A stretch of 64,000 nt of DNA from Candidatus Lustribacter sp. (lineage in GTDB: Bacteria > Vulcanimicrobiota > Vulcanimicrobiia > Vulcanimicrobiales > Vulcanimicrobiaceae). Below the pieces are notes generated by a model. It was not told the DNA's origin, ran no database searches, and was given only the letters and a program-made list of their open reading frames with translations. The position numbers and the translations under genes are program-made. Location: positions 4,352,001-4,416,000 of the forward strand of contig OZ255842.1 in assembly GCA_965277805.1 (NCBI GenBank), read 5' to 3'. Numbering within the stretch: position 1 is the first letter of the stretch; every line of letters begins with the position of its first letter. Positions 29,892-41,131 of this stretch are shown here, in pieces.

Positions 29892-30627
29892 GCAGCGTCT
29901 GTCCCGTCATGTAGGACCATTCGTCGCCGCACAGCGACACGATCGCCGCGGCGAGCTCATCCGACCTGCCCATGCGCCCGAGCGGCAATTGATCGTCATG
30001 GATGTAGCCGCGCAGACGCGCGACGCGTTCCGGTGCATCTTCCGGCGAGACGATAGGCCCGGGTGAGACGCAATTGACCGTGATGTTCTTTGGTCCAAGC
30101 TCGCCAGCTAACGCTTTCGTGAGCCCGACGATGCCGGCTTTGGCCGTCGTCTGCGCCGCATGGTTCCGGCCGCCGATATGTGCACTCACGCCGCCGATGT
30201 TGATGATCCGTCCGACGCCGCCTTGCGCGAGATGCGGTGCCGCCGCTTGCGCGCAGAGAAAAGCGCCATCGAGCACCGTGCGCATGATGAAGTGCCACGC
30301 TTCGAGCGTGGTCGATTCGAAGGCGCCGTCGCCTCGTACGCCGGCATTGTTAATGAGGATATCCAGACGTCCGAACTGCGCGACGGTCGCCGCGACCAAT
30401 TGCGCGACGGCCTCGGCGTCGCGCACGTCGGCGATGTGCGCAGCCGACCGTGCCTTACCGTGCCGGTCCTCGATCTCGGCCGCGACCGCGCGTGCTGCGT
30501 CGATCGACGAATGGCCGGTGATCATCACCGCCGCCCCGGCCGCGGCAAGGCGCATTGCGATGGCCTTTCCGTTTCGGCGCGTACTGCCGGTGACGAGAGC
30601 GACGCGGCCGTCTAACGGTGTCATCAA
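29857..30627 (-). CDS. SDR family oxidoreductase
   Basis: GRVALVTGSTRRNG, NNAG, VNCVSPG, TGQTLHVNGG; the catalytic Tyr position reads QTTAK. Confidence 0.85.
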   Translation of the reverse strand: MMTPLDGRVALVTGSTRRNGKAIAMRLAAAGAAVMITGHSSIDAARAVAAEIEDRHGKARSAAHIADVRDAEAVAQLVAATVAQFGRLDILINNAGVRGDGAFESTTLEAWHFIMRTVLDGAFLCAQAAAPHLAQGGVGRIINIGGVSAHIGGRNHAAQTTAKAGIVGLTKALAGELGPKNITVNCVSPGPIVSPEDAPERVARLRGYIHDDQLPLGRMGRSDELAAAIVSLCGDEWSYMTGQTLHVNGGLYFGGA

Positions 30628-30643
30628 GCTTCCTATATACCTA

Positions 30644-30701
30644 ATTGGGTGACCTATCCTGGAGGTATTGGTTCACCCAATCCGTATATTGGCCCACGCA
30701 T
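30644..30701. promoter_or_regulatory. FadR/PdhR-type operator repeats in the divergent promoter
   Basis: ATTGGTTCACCCAAT (30667-30681), ATTGGGTGACCTAT (30644-30657) and ATTGGCCCACGCAT (30688-30701); ATTGGGTGA/TCACCCAAT form a 9-bp inverted repeat. Confidence 0.55.
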
Positions 30702-31818
30702 GGCAGCCGGCAGTGTACTGATCGTGGGCGGGGGGATTGCCGGCATGTCTGCGGCGATCTCGCTTCAGCGCGCCGGGTTTCCGGTCGAGATCGCGGAGGC
30801 CGATCCGCAGTGGCGCTCCTCGGGTGCCGGCCTCACGATCAACGCTCCCTCGTTGCGCGCGTTCGCCGCGCTTGGGATCCTCGAGCACGTGAAGCGCGAG
30901 GGACATTGCCACGGCGGCACCCGGTTCTGTAACGCGCAAGGTGACGTAATTTCTGAACCGCCGTTGAACCAAATGTCACCGGACATTCCAACCGGCGCCG
31001 GCATCTTGCGTCCCGTTCTCCATAAGATTCTCGCGGAGGCGACGCGCGCATCCGGCGCGACGGTGAATCTCGGCGTGACGGTCACGGCGCTCGCACAGAC
31101 CGCGGATCACGTTCAGGTGACGTTTGCCGGACGTCCGAGCGCCGAATACGACGCCGTCGTTGCGGCCGACGGGCTCCACTCAACGATGCGCAAAGCGATC
31201 TTTCCGCACGCGCCGGAGCCGCTGTTCAACGGTCAAGGATGTTGGCGCGCCGTCTTCACGCGCGATCGAAGCATCGAGACGGGCACGGTTTTCGTGGGCC
31301 TCGAGCACCGCGCCGGATTGAATCCGGTCTCGGATGAAGAGATGTATCTGTTCCTCTTGCAGAGCGTTCCCGATAACCGCCGCATGGAAGAGACGCAATG
31401 GCCGCAGCTCTTAGCCGCCGAACTCGCCGAATTCGGCGGCATCCTCGGACGTCTGCGCGAGAATCTCGGCCCGGATTCGCGCATTAACTACCGCCCACTC
31501 GAAAATTTGCTGCTCGCGCGGCCCTGGCACCAAGGACGGGTGCTGCTGATCGGCGATGCCGCGCACGCGACGACGCCGCATCTCGCATACGGCGCCGGTC
31601 TCGCCGTCGAGGACGGATTGGTGCTGGGCGAGCTTGCACAGCCGGGCGTCGCGCTCCACGACGTCTTCGAGCGTTTTACCGAGCGGCGCTTCGAGCGCTG
31701 CCGCATCGTCGTTGAGGGTTCGACGCGTCTCGGCGAACTCGAACTTAAGGGAGCACCGGCTCACGAACATCGCGCGACGTTTGCGCAAGTAACGGAGTAT
31801 TTATGGCAGCCGATCTAG
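30700..31818 (+). CDS. FAD-dependent aromatic monooxygenase
   Basis: VLIVGGGIAG, AADGLHS, LIGDAAHATTPHLAYGAGLAVEDG. Confidence 0.92.
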   Translation: MAAGSVLIVGGGIAGMSAAISLQRAGFPVEIAEADPQWRSSGAGLTINAPSLRAFAALGILEHVKREGHCHGGTRFCNAQGDVISEPPLNQMSPDIPTGAGILRPVLHKILAEATRASGATVNLGVTVTALAQTADHVQVTFAGRPSAEYDAVVAADGLHSTMRKAIFPHAPEPLFNGQGCWRAVFTRDRSIETGTVFVGLEHRAGLNPVSDEEMYLFLLQSVPDNRRMEETQWPQLLAAELAEFGGILGRLRENLGPDSRINYRPLENLLLARPWHQGRVLLIGDAAHATTPHLAYGAGLAVEDGLVLGELAQPGVALHDVFERFTERRFERCRIVVEGSTRLGELELKGAPAHEHRATFAQVTEYLWQPI

Positions 31819-32339
31819 TCGATCCCGTTTTGCGTTTGGTGATGACGATGCGCATCGAGTGCACGCCGTTTGAAACCGTCGGTGACACCGGCAAGGGAAC
31901 GCGCCGGATTCAGCACTTGCTCGGCGGTACCTTCGAGATCCCGGCGCAGACGGGCGGCACGTTCTCAAATCCCGCCAAGTCCGGCGTCGTCCTCGGTGGG
32001 TACGATTGGCAGATCCTGCACAGCGAGTCGCTGGCTGAATTGGATGCTCGCTACAACCTCCGCACGAACGACGGACACCTCATCTACGTGCGCGCCAGCG
32101 GTCGCCGCTATGCATCGCCGGAGATTTTGCAAAAGCTGATGCGCGGAGAACCGGCCCGTCGCGGTCCGAATTATTACGGCGTTTCCACGCCGCTCATCGA
32201 GACCGGCGATCCGGATCTGCAATGGATGAACTATCACGCGTTCATCGGCAACTCGCGAAGCGAGCCGTCGTTTCAGAACATCCGCTTCTTCACGGTAGAT
32301 TACAACGACGAACCCGACTCCGGAACGGCAACATCATGA
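31803..32339 (+). CDS. DUF3237 family protein
   Basis: GTRRI...GG, GGYDWQ, LDARYNLRTNDG, IETGDPDLQWMN. Confidence 0.82.
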   Translation: MAADLVDPVLRLVMTMRIECTPFETVGDTGKGTRRIQHLLGGTFEIPAQTGGTFSNPAKSGVVLGGYDWQILHSESLAELDARYNLRTNDGHLIYVRASGRRYASPEILQKLMRGEPARRGPNYYGVSTPLIETGDPDLQWMNYHAFIGNSRSEPSFQNIRFFTVDYNDEPDSGTATS

Positions 32340-33007
32340 TGCAACACGACGCCGATCTGGCTTCATTGCGGAAATATCTCGAAGATCGCGGTTTTGCGCA
32401 AAACGACCGGTTGCCGCCGGAACGCGAGCTCGCCGACAAGCTCGGGTTGACGCGTAACCGCGTTCGGGGCGGATTGCGCAAGCTCGAGTCGGAGGGACTC
32501 ATTTGGCGCCACGTGGGCCAAGGCACCTATTTCGGTCCGCGCCTTTCGCCGCTGGTCAACCGTCGCGCACTCGAGACGTTGGCGGAGATGACCTATCCGC
32601 GCGAAGTCATGGATGCGCGCCTAGCATTTGAGCCCGAACTTGCGCGCCTCGCCGCGCTGCGCGCAACCGGTTTGGACTTCAGCGCACTCGACGGCTGCTT
32701 AGAACGCATGCGCACGACCACGGACTGGTCGGTATGGGCCCTTTGCGATGCCCAATTTCACCGGCTGATGGCCGTCGCTGCAGGTAATACCCTGATGCTG
32801 GCGATGTTCGATACGATGCAGGCGGGACGCAATAAACAAGTGTGGGGCCGCTTGGGTACGAGCAAGATCCGCGATTCGCGGCGCGGTGAAATTCTCGCCG
32901 AACATGGCGCGATCGCTGCGGCTCTCCGCGACCGCGATCCCGAAGGCGCCGCCGCTGCAGTCCGTGCGCACCTGACAATTGCGCGGAAGAATATTCTCCA
33001 CGAATGA
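32336..33007 (+). CDS. FadR/GntR-family transcriptional regulator
   Basis: RLPPERELA...RHVGQGTY wHTH; FCD motifs ARLAFEP, DAQFH and EHGAI. Confidence 0.92.
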   Translation: MMQHDADLASLRKYLEDRGFAQNDRLPPERELADKLGLTRNRVRGGLRKLESEGLIWRHVGQGTYFGPRLSPLVNRRALETLAEMTYPREVMDARLAFEPELARLAALRATGLDFSALDGCLERMRTTTDWSVWALCDAQFHRLMAVAAGNTLMLAMFDTMQAGRNKQVWGRLGTSKIRDSRRGEILAEHGAIAAALRDRDPEGAAAAVRAHLTIARKNILHE

Positions 33008-33945
33008 AGCTAGCACTGTACGAACACGGCGGCGAAACGCGCCCGGGAATCATCAGCGACCGCGGCATCGTCGACGTCTCTTCGGCGGTAACGATCGCGT
33101 ACACGCCGCAGCTCACGATGGTCGGCATCATCGATGCCTTCGGCGACCTGCGGAGCGAACTGGAATCGCTCGAGCGATCGGGCAGCGCAACGCCGCTTGA
33201 CGCCGTTCGCCTGCGCCCGCCCTTGCCTCGGCCGGGCAAAATTCTCGCCTGCATCGCCAACTACTGGGAACATGCGCAGCGCGAGGCTCGTCCGCTCAAC
33301 ATGTTCATGAAAAATCCCGACGCCGTCGTCGGGCCGGGCGACACGATTGCGCTCCCCGATTTCACCGAACCGTGGATGTTCATGCACGAGGCCGAGCTGG
33401 CAATCGTTATCAAAGGCCCTGCGAAGATGGTGAAGGCGGAAAACTGGCGCGATGCGGTTTTCGGGTATACATCGATGATCGACGTATCCGCTCGTGGCGA
33501 CGGCCGGCGCACGTGGCCGGCAAACCCGATCATGAGCTGGCTTGGGAAATCGTTCGATACGTTCGCGCCGATTGGGCCGTGTATTACGACGGCGGATGAG
33601 ATCCCGGATCCGAACGATTTGATCGTCCGCTTCTGGAACGACGGTCAATTGCGCCACAATTACAGCACCAGCGACATGGAACATCACGTGCCTGAACTGA
33701 TCGCTTTTGCGACGACCGTGATGACGATGAACTCCGGCGATCTCATCGCTTGCGGGACCAACCATGAAGGGTTGGGCGCCGTTCAAGACGGCGAGACGGT
33801 CGAAATCGAAATCGAACGGATCGGCCGCATGTCATTGACCGTTACCGATCCGCTAAAACGAACGTGGGAGCGAGGAATCTACATGGGAGTCGACTCGACC
33901 AATCCCGAGGCAGTTAAACGCCATCGTCCGAGCGCGGCATCGTGA
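33004..33945 (+). CDS. Fumarylacetoacetate hydrolase family protein
   Basis: PGKILACIANY, HEAELAIVI, DVSAR, GKSFDTFAPIGP, GDLIACGT. Confidence 0.92.
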   Translation: MKLALYEHGGETRPGIISDRGIVDVSSAVTIAYTPQLTMVGIIDAFGDLRSELESLERSGSATPLDAVRLRPPLPRPGKILACIANYWEHAQREARPLNMFMKNPDAVVGPGDTIALPDFTEPWMFMHEAELAIVIKGPAKMVKAENWRDAVFGYTSMIDVSARGDGRRTWPANPIMSWLGKSFDTFAPIGPCITTADEIPDPNDLIVRFWNDGQLRHNYSTSDMEHHVPELIAFATTVMTMNSGDLIACGTNHEGLGAVQDGETVEIEIERIGRMSLTVTDPLKRTWERGIYMGVDSTNPEAVKRHRPSAAS

Positions 33946-34799
33946 ACGTCGTTCGCCTGGAATCCTTGACCTACGGCGTGGACGATCTCGACGCCGCCAA
34001 ACGCTATTACGACGACTGGGGCTTGATCGTCGCTGAAGAGGGCCGCCACGGGGTGGACTATCGCTTGGATTCGGGTCAAACGATCCGCCTGCGTGAGTCC
34101 GGCGATCCGACGCTTCCGAAAGCAATTGAGGGCGGTTCGACGGTACGCGAGGTGACGTGGGGCGTAGCGGATGCTGCGTCGCTGGACGCCATCGGCGCCG
34201 CGTTGAGTACCGACCGCGATCCCGAGAGTTCGAATGGAACCGTGAGTACGCGGGACCCGTGGGACATGGGGATCGCCTTTCGCATCGCCGCGCCGGGTCT
34301 GGCCGCGCCTGTGCGTTCGGAACGTCCGCGCAATCAGGCGTTCGCGGTCGCACCGCGCATTCGCCCTTGGCGTATCGGGCATGTCGTCCTGAACGTCCCC
34401 GAAGCGAAGATGCAAGCAACCTCGGAATTCTATCTCGACCGGCTGCAATTCCGGCTGTCGGAGCGGGTGAACCGATTCGGTGATTTCATTCGCTGCGCCG
34501 GTTCCACCGATCACCACAATCTTTTTCTCTTGCAGAAGCCCGAGGGCGGCCTCAACCATGTTGCGTTCGAGGTCGCTAATTTCGACGAAATCGTCATGGG
34601 CGGGAAATTCATGCAAGCGAAAGGCTGGGAGCCCGCAACGTCGCTCGGACGGCACGTGATGGGTTCGAATCTTTTCTGGTATTTCAAAAATCCGGGCGGC
34701 GGGTTAGCCGAGTATTTCTCCGACATGGACGTGGTGGACGATGGCTGGCAGCCACCGATTTGGGACACGAATCCGGGCTTCTCACTCTGGATGACGTAG
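33942..34799 (+). CDS. VOC-family extradiol-type dioxygenase
   Basis: IGHVVL, DHHNLFL, LNHVAFEV, LGRHVMGSNLFWYFKNPGG...EYFSDMD. Confidence 0.88.
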   Translation: MNVVRLESLTYGVDDLDAAKRYYDDWGLIVAEEGRHGVDYRLDSGQTIRLRESGDPTLPKAIEGGSTVREVTWGVADAASLDAIGAALSTDRDPESSNGTVSTRDPWDMGIAFRIAAPGLAAPVRSERPRNQAFAVAPRIRPWRIGHVVLNVPEAKMQATSEFYLDRLQFRLSERVNRFGDFIRCAGSTDHHNLFLLQKPEGGLNHVAFEVANFDEIVMGGKFMQAKGWEPATSLGRHVMGSNLFWYFKNPGGGLAEYFSDMDVVDDGWQPPIWDTNPGFSLWMT

Positions 34800-34816
34800 G
34801 CGAAAGGGCTCTGCTC

Positions 34817-35779
34817 ATGTCTGCAAATAATGCGCTCTCGCGCGGGCTCTTTCTCGCGTCGGGCGTCGCGGCGCTCGCTGCGCCGGCCGCGGCTGCGAAT
34901 GGACCGCTAACAACGATTCGCCTCGCCGGCACGACCGATCCCGATGTCGTGGCCGTCATCTGGGGTGCGCGTAACGGGATCTTCCAGAAGCGAGGACTCG
35001 ACGTCCAAGTGCAGCGCTTCAACAACGGTGCTGCCGTGTCGGCGGCCGTGGTCGGCGGTTCGATCGACATCGGTAAAGCGAACATCTTCAGCTTGATGAC
35101 GGCGCATCTGCGGAACATTCCGTTCGTCATCGAGTCGGTCGCTGCGATCTACTCTTCGGATAGCCCGATCGTCGGTTTCGTCGTCGCGAAGAACTCGACG
35201 TTGACGGGAGGTGCGGGCCTCAACGGCAAGACCATTGCAACCGCCGCGCTGGGTGACATCTTTTCCCAGGTAACGTCCGTGTGGATCGATCAAAACGGCG
35301 GCGACTCAAAGACGGTCAAATTCATCGAGCTGCCGTCGAGCGCCACGCCGGCCGCGATTTCCGCCGGCCGCGTCGACGCCGGAATTATGGTCGACCCGCT
35401 TTTGGCCGAAGCCGTTCGCAGTCAGAACTGCAAGGTGATCGGCCGCCCGTACGACGTCGTTGCAAAGCGTTTCGGTACCGCGTTCTACTTCTGCATGCAA
35501 GACTACGCGGCAAAGAACGCCGACGTGCTGATGCGCTTTCGCGCCGGCTTGGACGAGGCCACGAAATACGCCCTCGCGCACAAGCGCGAGATGGTTCCGA
35601 TCATGGCAGACTACACGGGCATGGAGCAAAAGCTGCTCGAGGATCTCCCGCTGGTCATCGGCTCCGGCGTGGTTCTCGACGAGATTCAGCCCGTCATCAA
35701 CTTTGCGTCTCGTAACAAATTGATCCGGAGCGCCTTCCCGGCGTCTGAGATCATCGATCCTTCGGCACTCCGGGCTTAG
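34817..35779 (+). CDS. SsuA/NMT1-type ABC substrate-binding protein
   Basis: LSRGLFL signal; NGAAVSAAVVGGSID; LNGKTIA; GRVDA. Confidence 0.87.
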   Translation: MSANNALSRGLFLASGVAALAAPAAAANGPLTTIRLAGTTDPDVVAVIWGARNGIFQKRGLDVQVQRFNNGAAVSAAVVGGSIDIGKANIFSLMTAHLRNIPFVIESVAAIYSSDSPIVGFVVAKNSTLTGGAGLNGKTIATAALGDIFSQVTSVWIDQNGGDSKTVKFIELPSSATPAAISAGRVDAGIMVDPLLAEAVRSQNCKVIGRPYDVVAKRFGTAFYFCMQDYAAKNADVLMRFRAGLDEATKYALAHKREMVPIMADYTGMEQKLLEDLPLVIGSGVVLDEIQPVINFASRNKLIRSAFPASEIIDPSALRA

Positions 35780-35790
35780 AAAGCGTACTC

Positions 35791-36731
35791 ATGCGTCGCA
35801 CTTCGTTTCTCACATCGACGGCCGCCGCTGCCCTAACCATGCTCGGAGCGCCGGCCTTGGCCGACGTTCCCACACCGGCGTCGATCGCCGTCGCGCCGTT
35901 GGCCGGCCCTGATGTCGCGGGTCTCTACTACGCGCTCCAGCAAGGCTGGTTCAAACAGGCCGGCCTCGACGTCGTCAATCAGCCGGTTCCCAATGGCGGC
36001 GCCGGGATGTCCGCGCTTGTTGGCGGCACGGTCCAGATCGCATACACGAACGTGTTGTCGCTCTGTGTTGCGCACCAAAAGGGCATTCCCGTCGTGCTCG
36101 TGGCTCCGGGCGCCGGCTACCACTCGGCGACGGCGGTCGCGCGGCTGCTCGTACCCGGCGATTCACCGGTGAAGACGGTCAAAGATCTCGACGGGAAAGT
36201 GATCGCGGTCCCGTTGCTCGGCGATATCAACACGATCGGCGTCGACGGACTGCTCGACCAAGTGGGCGTGAATCGGAGCAACGTCAAGTTTACCGAAATT
36301 CCGCCGCCGAATATGCCTTCGGCGTTGGCGGCGAAGCGGGTCGATGCGATTTCGATTTACGAACCCTTCGTCAGCGCCGCGATAGCGCAGGGCGCGCGTG
36401 CGATTGCCAAGCCCTACGATTCAGTTGCCCTCGACTTTACGATCGCCGCGTGGGTTGCCTATGGTCCGTGGGCTGCGGCGCATCGCAGTGAAGTTCTGCG
36501 ATTTGCTTCGACGCTCAATCGCGGCTCGCAGTATGCGAACGCGCACTATCAAGACCTGATACCGATGATTTCCGGCTTCTCGAAAATGGAACCCGACACG
36601 TTGAACAAGATGGCGTATCCGACGGTCGCTCCGAACCTTTCGATCGCGTTGATTCAGCCGGTCATCGACGCGGCAGCAAAATACGGCGCGATCCCGGCGG
36701 CTTTTGCCGCCAAGGATTTTCTGTTCGCCGG

Positions 36732-36735
<4 letters not shown>
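35791..36735 (+). CDS. SsuA/NMT1-type ABC substrate-binding protein
   Basis: MRRTSFL Tat signal; KDLDGKVIAV; KRVDAISIYEPF. Confidence 0.87.
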
Positions 36736-38087
<1,352 letters not shown>

Positions 38088-38162
38088 GTCATTGTCGCAC
38101 GTTTGCTTGCTTCCGTCAACGCGCGAAGTCGCAGCTGGGTGACGGTTCTCCCGCCGGAATGC

Positions 38163-39230
38163 CTAAATGAAGGTATGGGGCCAGGTCGGGATTGCTGCCC
38201 ATCCGCCGTCGACTGTTGCAGTAATGCATCCTGGCGTCATACGAGCTCGGAACTCATATTGCGCGGACTCGTTGTCGAACAGTTCGTCAACGGTTAGCGT
38301 TCGCGCAACTAAGCCTTGCTCGTACGCGTAACCGAGAAAACGCCCCAGCACCGGGCGATTCGCTTCAACCCCGTACGGCCATGGGTCGTCACCCCAAATC
38401 TCCACGGTTTCATCGAGATATCTCCTCATGAACGGCAAACTCGTCATGCGCTCGTCCTGAAGGATGCGATACGCGTACTCCTTGGATTCATCGAATGCGC
38501 TGCAGAGATCCGCCGCGAGGCCTGCCCGTCGCTCGATCGAGGCCCGCCGGACGACGATCACATGCAAAATTGGGAAGAACCCGGTGCGTGCGACGCTTTC
38601 CCGATCGCGCTCGTGCGCATCGGTTGCGACGCGAACCACCTTGCCGGCGTCGTAGGGCAAAACCATCGCGGTCCGCGCAGTCATCAGGGCGTCGACCGTC
38701 CCATCGAGCAAGCGCTCCAGGCCGAGGTACGAAGCCCGGCAGTAGGCGACGCGTACGCCGGGTGGGTAACTCGTGTCCGCCCTGGCGGGAGTAGCACTGA
38801 ACCACTCGATCTCATGTGGTTCGATGCCGCATTCTTCTTTGAGGAGTGCCCTATGCCAGAACGCCGGCGTACCGAAGTAGGATGGCGCACTCATCACGCG
38901 CCGCCCGCGAAGATCAGCCAGATTCTTGATCCCGGTGTCCGGCCGCGTATAAATGTAAGGACGTTGGAAGAGGCGATCGCTGAAAACGGGTATTGCCGTC
39001 ACGTCGCGCCGGTTGAACTTCCAGGCAACATACTGAACGAGCGGAATGTCGGCCGCGTCAAACGCTCCGCTCATCAGACCATCGGCAGCCGTCGGGCCGC
39101 CGGGCACGTTCACGAAGGTCATATTTTCGCGGCGCACGCGGCCATCGAGCAGCGCCGCGGTTCGATCGAACTTCAATGCGGCCACAGTTACAGCAGGCAG
39201 CGCTGTTGAGGTAAGCCATGGCTGGTCCAC
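38163..39230 (-). CDS. 4,5-dihydroxyphthalate decarboxylase-like protein (periplasmic-binding-protein II fold); start uncertain
   Basis: FDRTAALLDG, AIPVFSDRLF, TGFFPILHVIV, DPWPYGVEANR, YEQGL...VDELF. Confidence 0.78.
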   Translation of the reverse strand: MDQPWLTSTALPAVTVAALKFDRTAALLDGRVRRENMTFVNVPGGPTAADGLMSGAFDAADIPLVQYVAWKFNRRDVTAIPVFSDRLFQRPYIYTRPDTGIKNLADLRGRRVMSAPSYFGTPAFWHRALLKEECGIEPHEIEWFSATPARADTSYPPGVRVAYCRASYLGLERLLDGTVDALMTARTAMVLPYDAGKVVRVATDAHERDRESVARTGFFPILHVIVVRRASIERRAGLAADLCSAFDESKEYAYRILQDERMTSLPFMRRYLDETVEIWGDDPWPYGVEANRPVLGRFLGYAYEQGLVARTLTVDELFDNESAQYEFRARMTPGCITATVDGGWAAIPTWPHTFI

Positions 39231-39380
39231 CAGCCGGTCTTCTGCCAATACCGGGGATGGGGCCTGGAGGGTTTGCCGGCGCAAGCCATACCGTCATGGT
39301 ATAGACGAACGGCGGGGACGGCGGTGCGCCCCGAACATACAATACTTGCCAGCGCGTACGAGCGGCGAACAGGAGCAGCA

Positions 39381-40151
39381 GTGGACGCAAAACTCGACAC
39401 CGCGATTCGCGAAGTCGTTATCGCTAACCGGATACTCGCGCATGAGAACATCGTTGATGCATCTGGGCATGTGAGCGCGCGCCACCCCCTGTATCCTGAC
39501 CGTTTTCTGATCTCCTGGTCGAGAAGCCCTGAACACGTGACGCGCGAAGACATCATGGAATGCGCGCTTGACGGCACGCCATTGAACGGGGACACGCGTC
39601 CGCCATACAAAGAGCGGTTTATTCACGGCGCAATCTACGAAATGCGGCCGGAAGTCAACGCCGTCGTGCACGCGCACCCGGAGGAGGTCTTGCCCTTCAG
39701 CGTGACCGACGAGCCGCTACGAGCGTTGATCTCTTCAGCGAGCATGATCGGCACTGAAGTTCCAGTATGGGACATTGCCGATAAATTTGGCGACGAAACC
39801 AGCCTGCTGGTCGAGAACATCGAACAAGGACGCGATCTCGCAAAATCCTTGGGAAAAAATGGGCTGACGCTGATGGCCGCGCATGGAATCGCGGCCGGCT
39901 GTCCGACGATGATCGAAGTCGTTCGTCTAGCCGTTTATGCCACCCGAAACGCTCGCGTTCAGTTAGCAGCTCTCCAGATTGGAAAGAAGATCCGTTTTCT
40001 CTCCGCGGGCGAAGTCAACGTGCGCGGAGCCGGCGGCTACTTCGCCGCCGACTCGCACGGCATCTATCGAGCCTGGGAGCACTGGGCGTTGAGGGCCGGA
40101 TGCGGCGATCTACTTCCGAAGCGCGATGAAGCGACGATGCGAACCCATTAA
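39381..40151 (+). CDS. Class II aldolase/adducin-fold protein (HMPD decarboxylase-like)
   Basis: AGGAG RBS plus GTG; VIANRILAHENIVDASGHVSARHP, ERFIHGAIY, VVHAH, HG. Confidence 0.85.
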   Translation: MDAKLDTAIREVVIANRILAHENIVDASGHVSARHPLYPDRFLISWSRSPEHVTREDIMECALDGTPLNGDTRPPYKERFIHGAIYEMRPEVNAVVHAHPEEVLPFSVTDEPLRALISSASMIGTEVPVWDIADKFGDETSLLVENIEQGRDLAKSLGKNGLTLMAAHGIAAGCPTMIEVVRLAVYATRNARVQLAALQIGKKIRFLSAGEVNVRGAGGYFAADSHGIYRAWEHWALRAGCGDLLPKRDEATMRTH

Positions 40152-41101
40152 GCGATACCGGGCGCGAAAACATCGCTAACGCGAAACGCGGACTTGATGA
40201 CGCCAAACCTTGCGGTGGCATCGACAACGGGTTGAAAATCTGACGCTCGCATATGCAGCGGATAGAAACACCGGTGCATTCCGGCCGGCAAAGTTGTCTT
40301 ACCGTATTTTTCGAGAATCTTCGCCGTGAGCGGCCGGTTCTTGTTTGCCCAATCGGCCGTCAACGCAAGCGCTTCGCTGAATTTCTTAACGACGTCCGAA
40401 TTGGCTCGCGCATAATCGGCCGAACATACCCACGCAGCTTCACAGAACTGGGTCGACAGCGCGTCGTAGCCGTTCGCCAAGAGGCGTCCGTTGCTTGCCA
40501 ACGTTTGGCTGAGCACCGGCTCCTCGATGCAGGCCGCATCGATCCGCCCGGAAAGCAGAGCCGCATCCATTGCCGAGTAGGGAAGCTCGACGTATTTGAT
40601 GCTGTCAATGTTGGCGCCGCTCTTTTGGAGCCATGAGTGCAATGCGATGTCTGCGAGTTGCTTGAGGAGTGAAACAGCTACCGTTTTCCCTTCGAGGTCC
40701 TTAGCGGTCCGAATCGCCGACGTCTTCGCGACCACCATGGCTGCGGTCGGCGATTGGCTGGAATACGCACCTGCGGGCGATACCCACACAAACGGGATAC
40801 CGTTTTCGTGTGCGCTCGAAAGTGCAACAATATTGATGCAACCGAATTCAAGAGTACCGGAAACGATGGCTGCCGCTGCCGCAGCTCCGTTTGCGATGGT
40901 CGCGAGCTCGGCATTGAGTCCGACCTTATTGAAGAAGCCGCCATCCTGAGCGTAGAAACCCGCGGCCGTGATGTCCAATGAGCCACCGGCTATACGCACT
41001 GGTTGGGACGTTTGTGCGCCGGCGGGGCTCGCAGTTGCGAGTCCGAGAAGCGCAGGTGCTGTTAGGAGCTTGAGCGCGTTACCACGTGTCAGGCGTTCCA
41101 A
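40148..41101 (-). CDS. SsuA/NMT1-type ABC substrate-binding protein
   Basis: LTRGNAL signal; NGAAAAAAIVSG; KDLEGKTVAV; GRIDAACIEEP. Confidence 0.87.
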   Translation of the reverse strand: MERLTRGNALKLLTAPALLGLATASPAGAQTSQPVRIAGGSLDITAAGFYAQDGGFFNKVGLNAELATIANGAAAAAAIVSGTLEFGCINIVALSSAHENGIPFVWVSPAGAYSSQSPTAAMVVAKTSAIRTAKDLEGKTVAVSLLKQLADIALHSWLQKSGANIDSIKYVELPYSAMDAALLSGRIDAACIEEPVLSQTLASNGRLLANGYDALSTQFCEAAWVCSADYARANSDVVKKFSEALALTADWANKNRPLTAKILEKYGKTTLPAGMHRCFYPLHMRASDFQPVVDATARFGVIKSAFRVSDVFAPGIA

Positions 41102-41131
41102 CCGGGATGACCTCCTCTGTGATGCGTTATG

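Noticed and set aside
39332-39345. Third SOS box (CGAACATAC...)
   Set aside because: The right half-site GTTC is missing (reads AATA).
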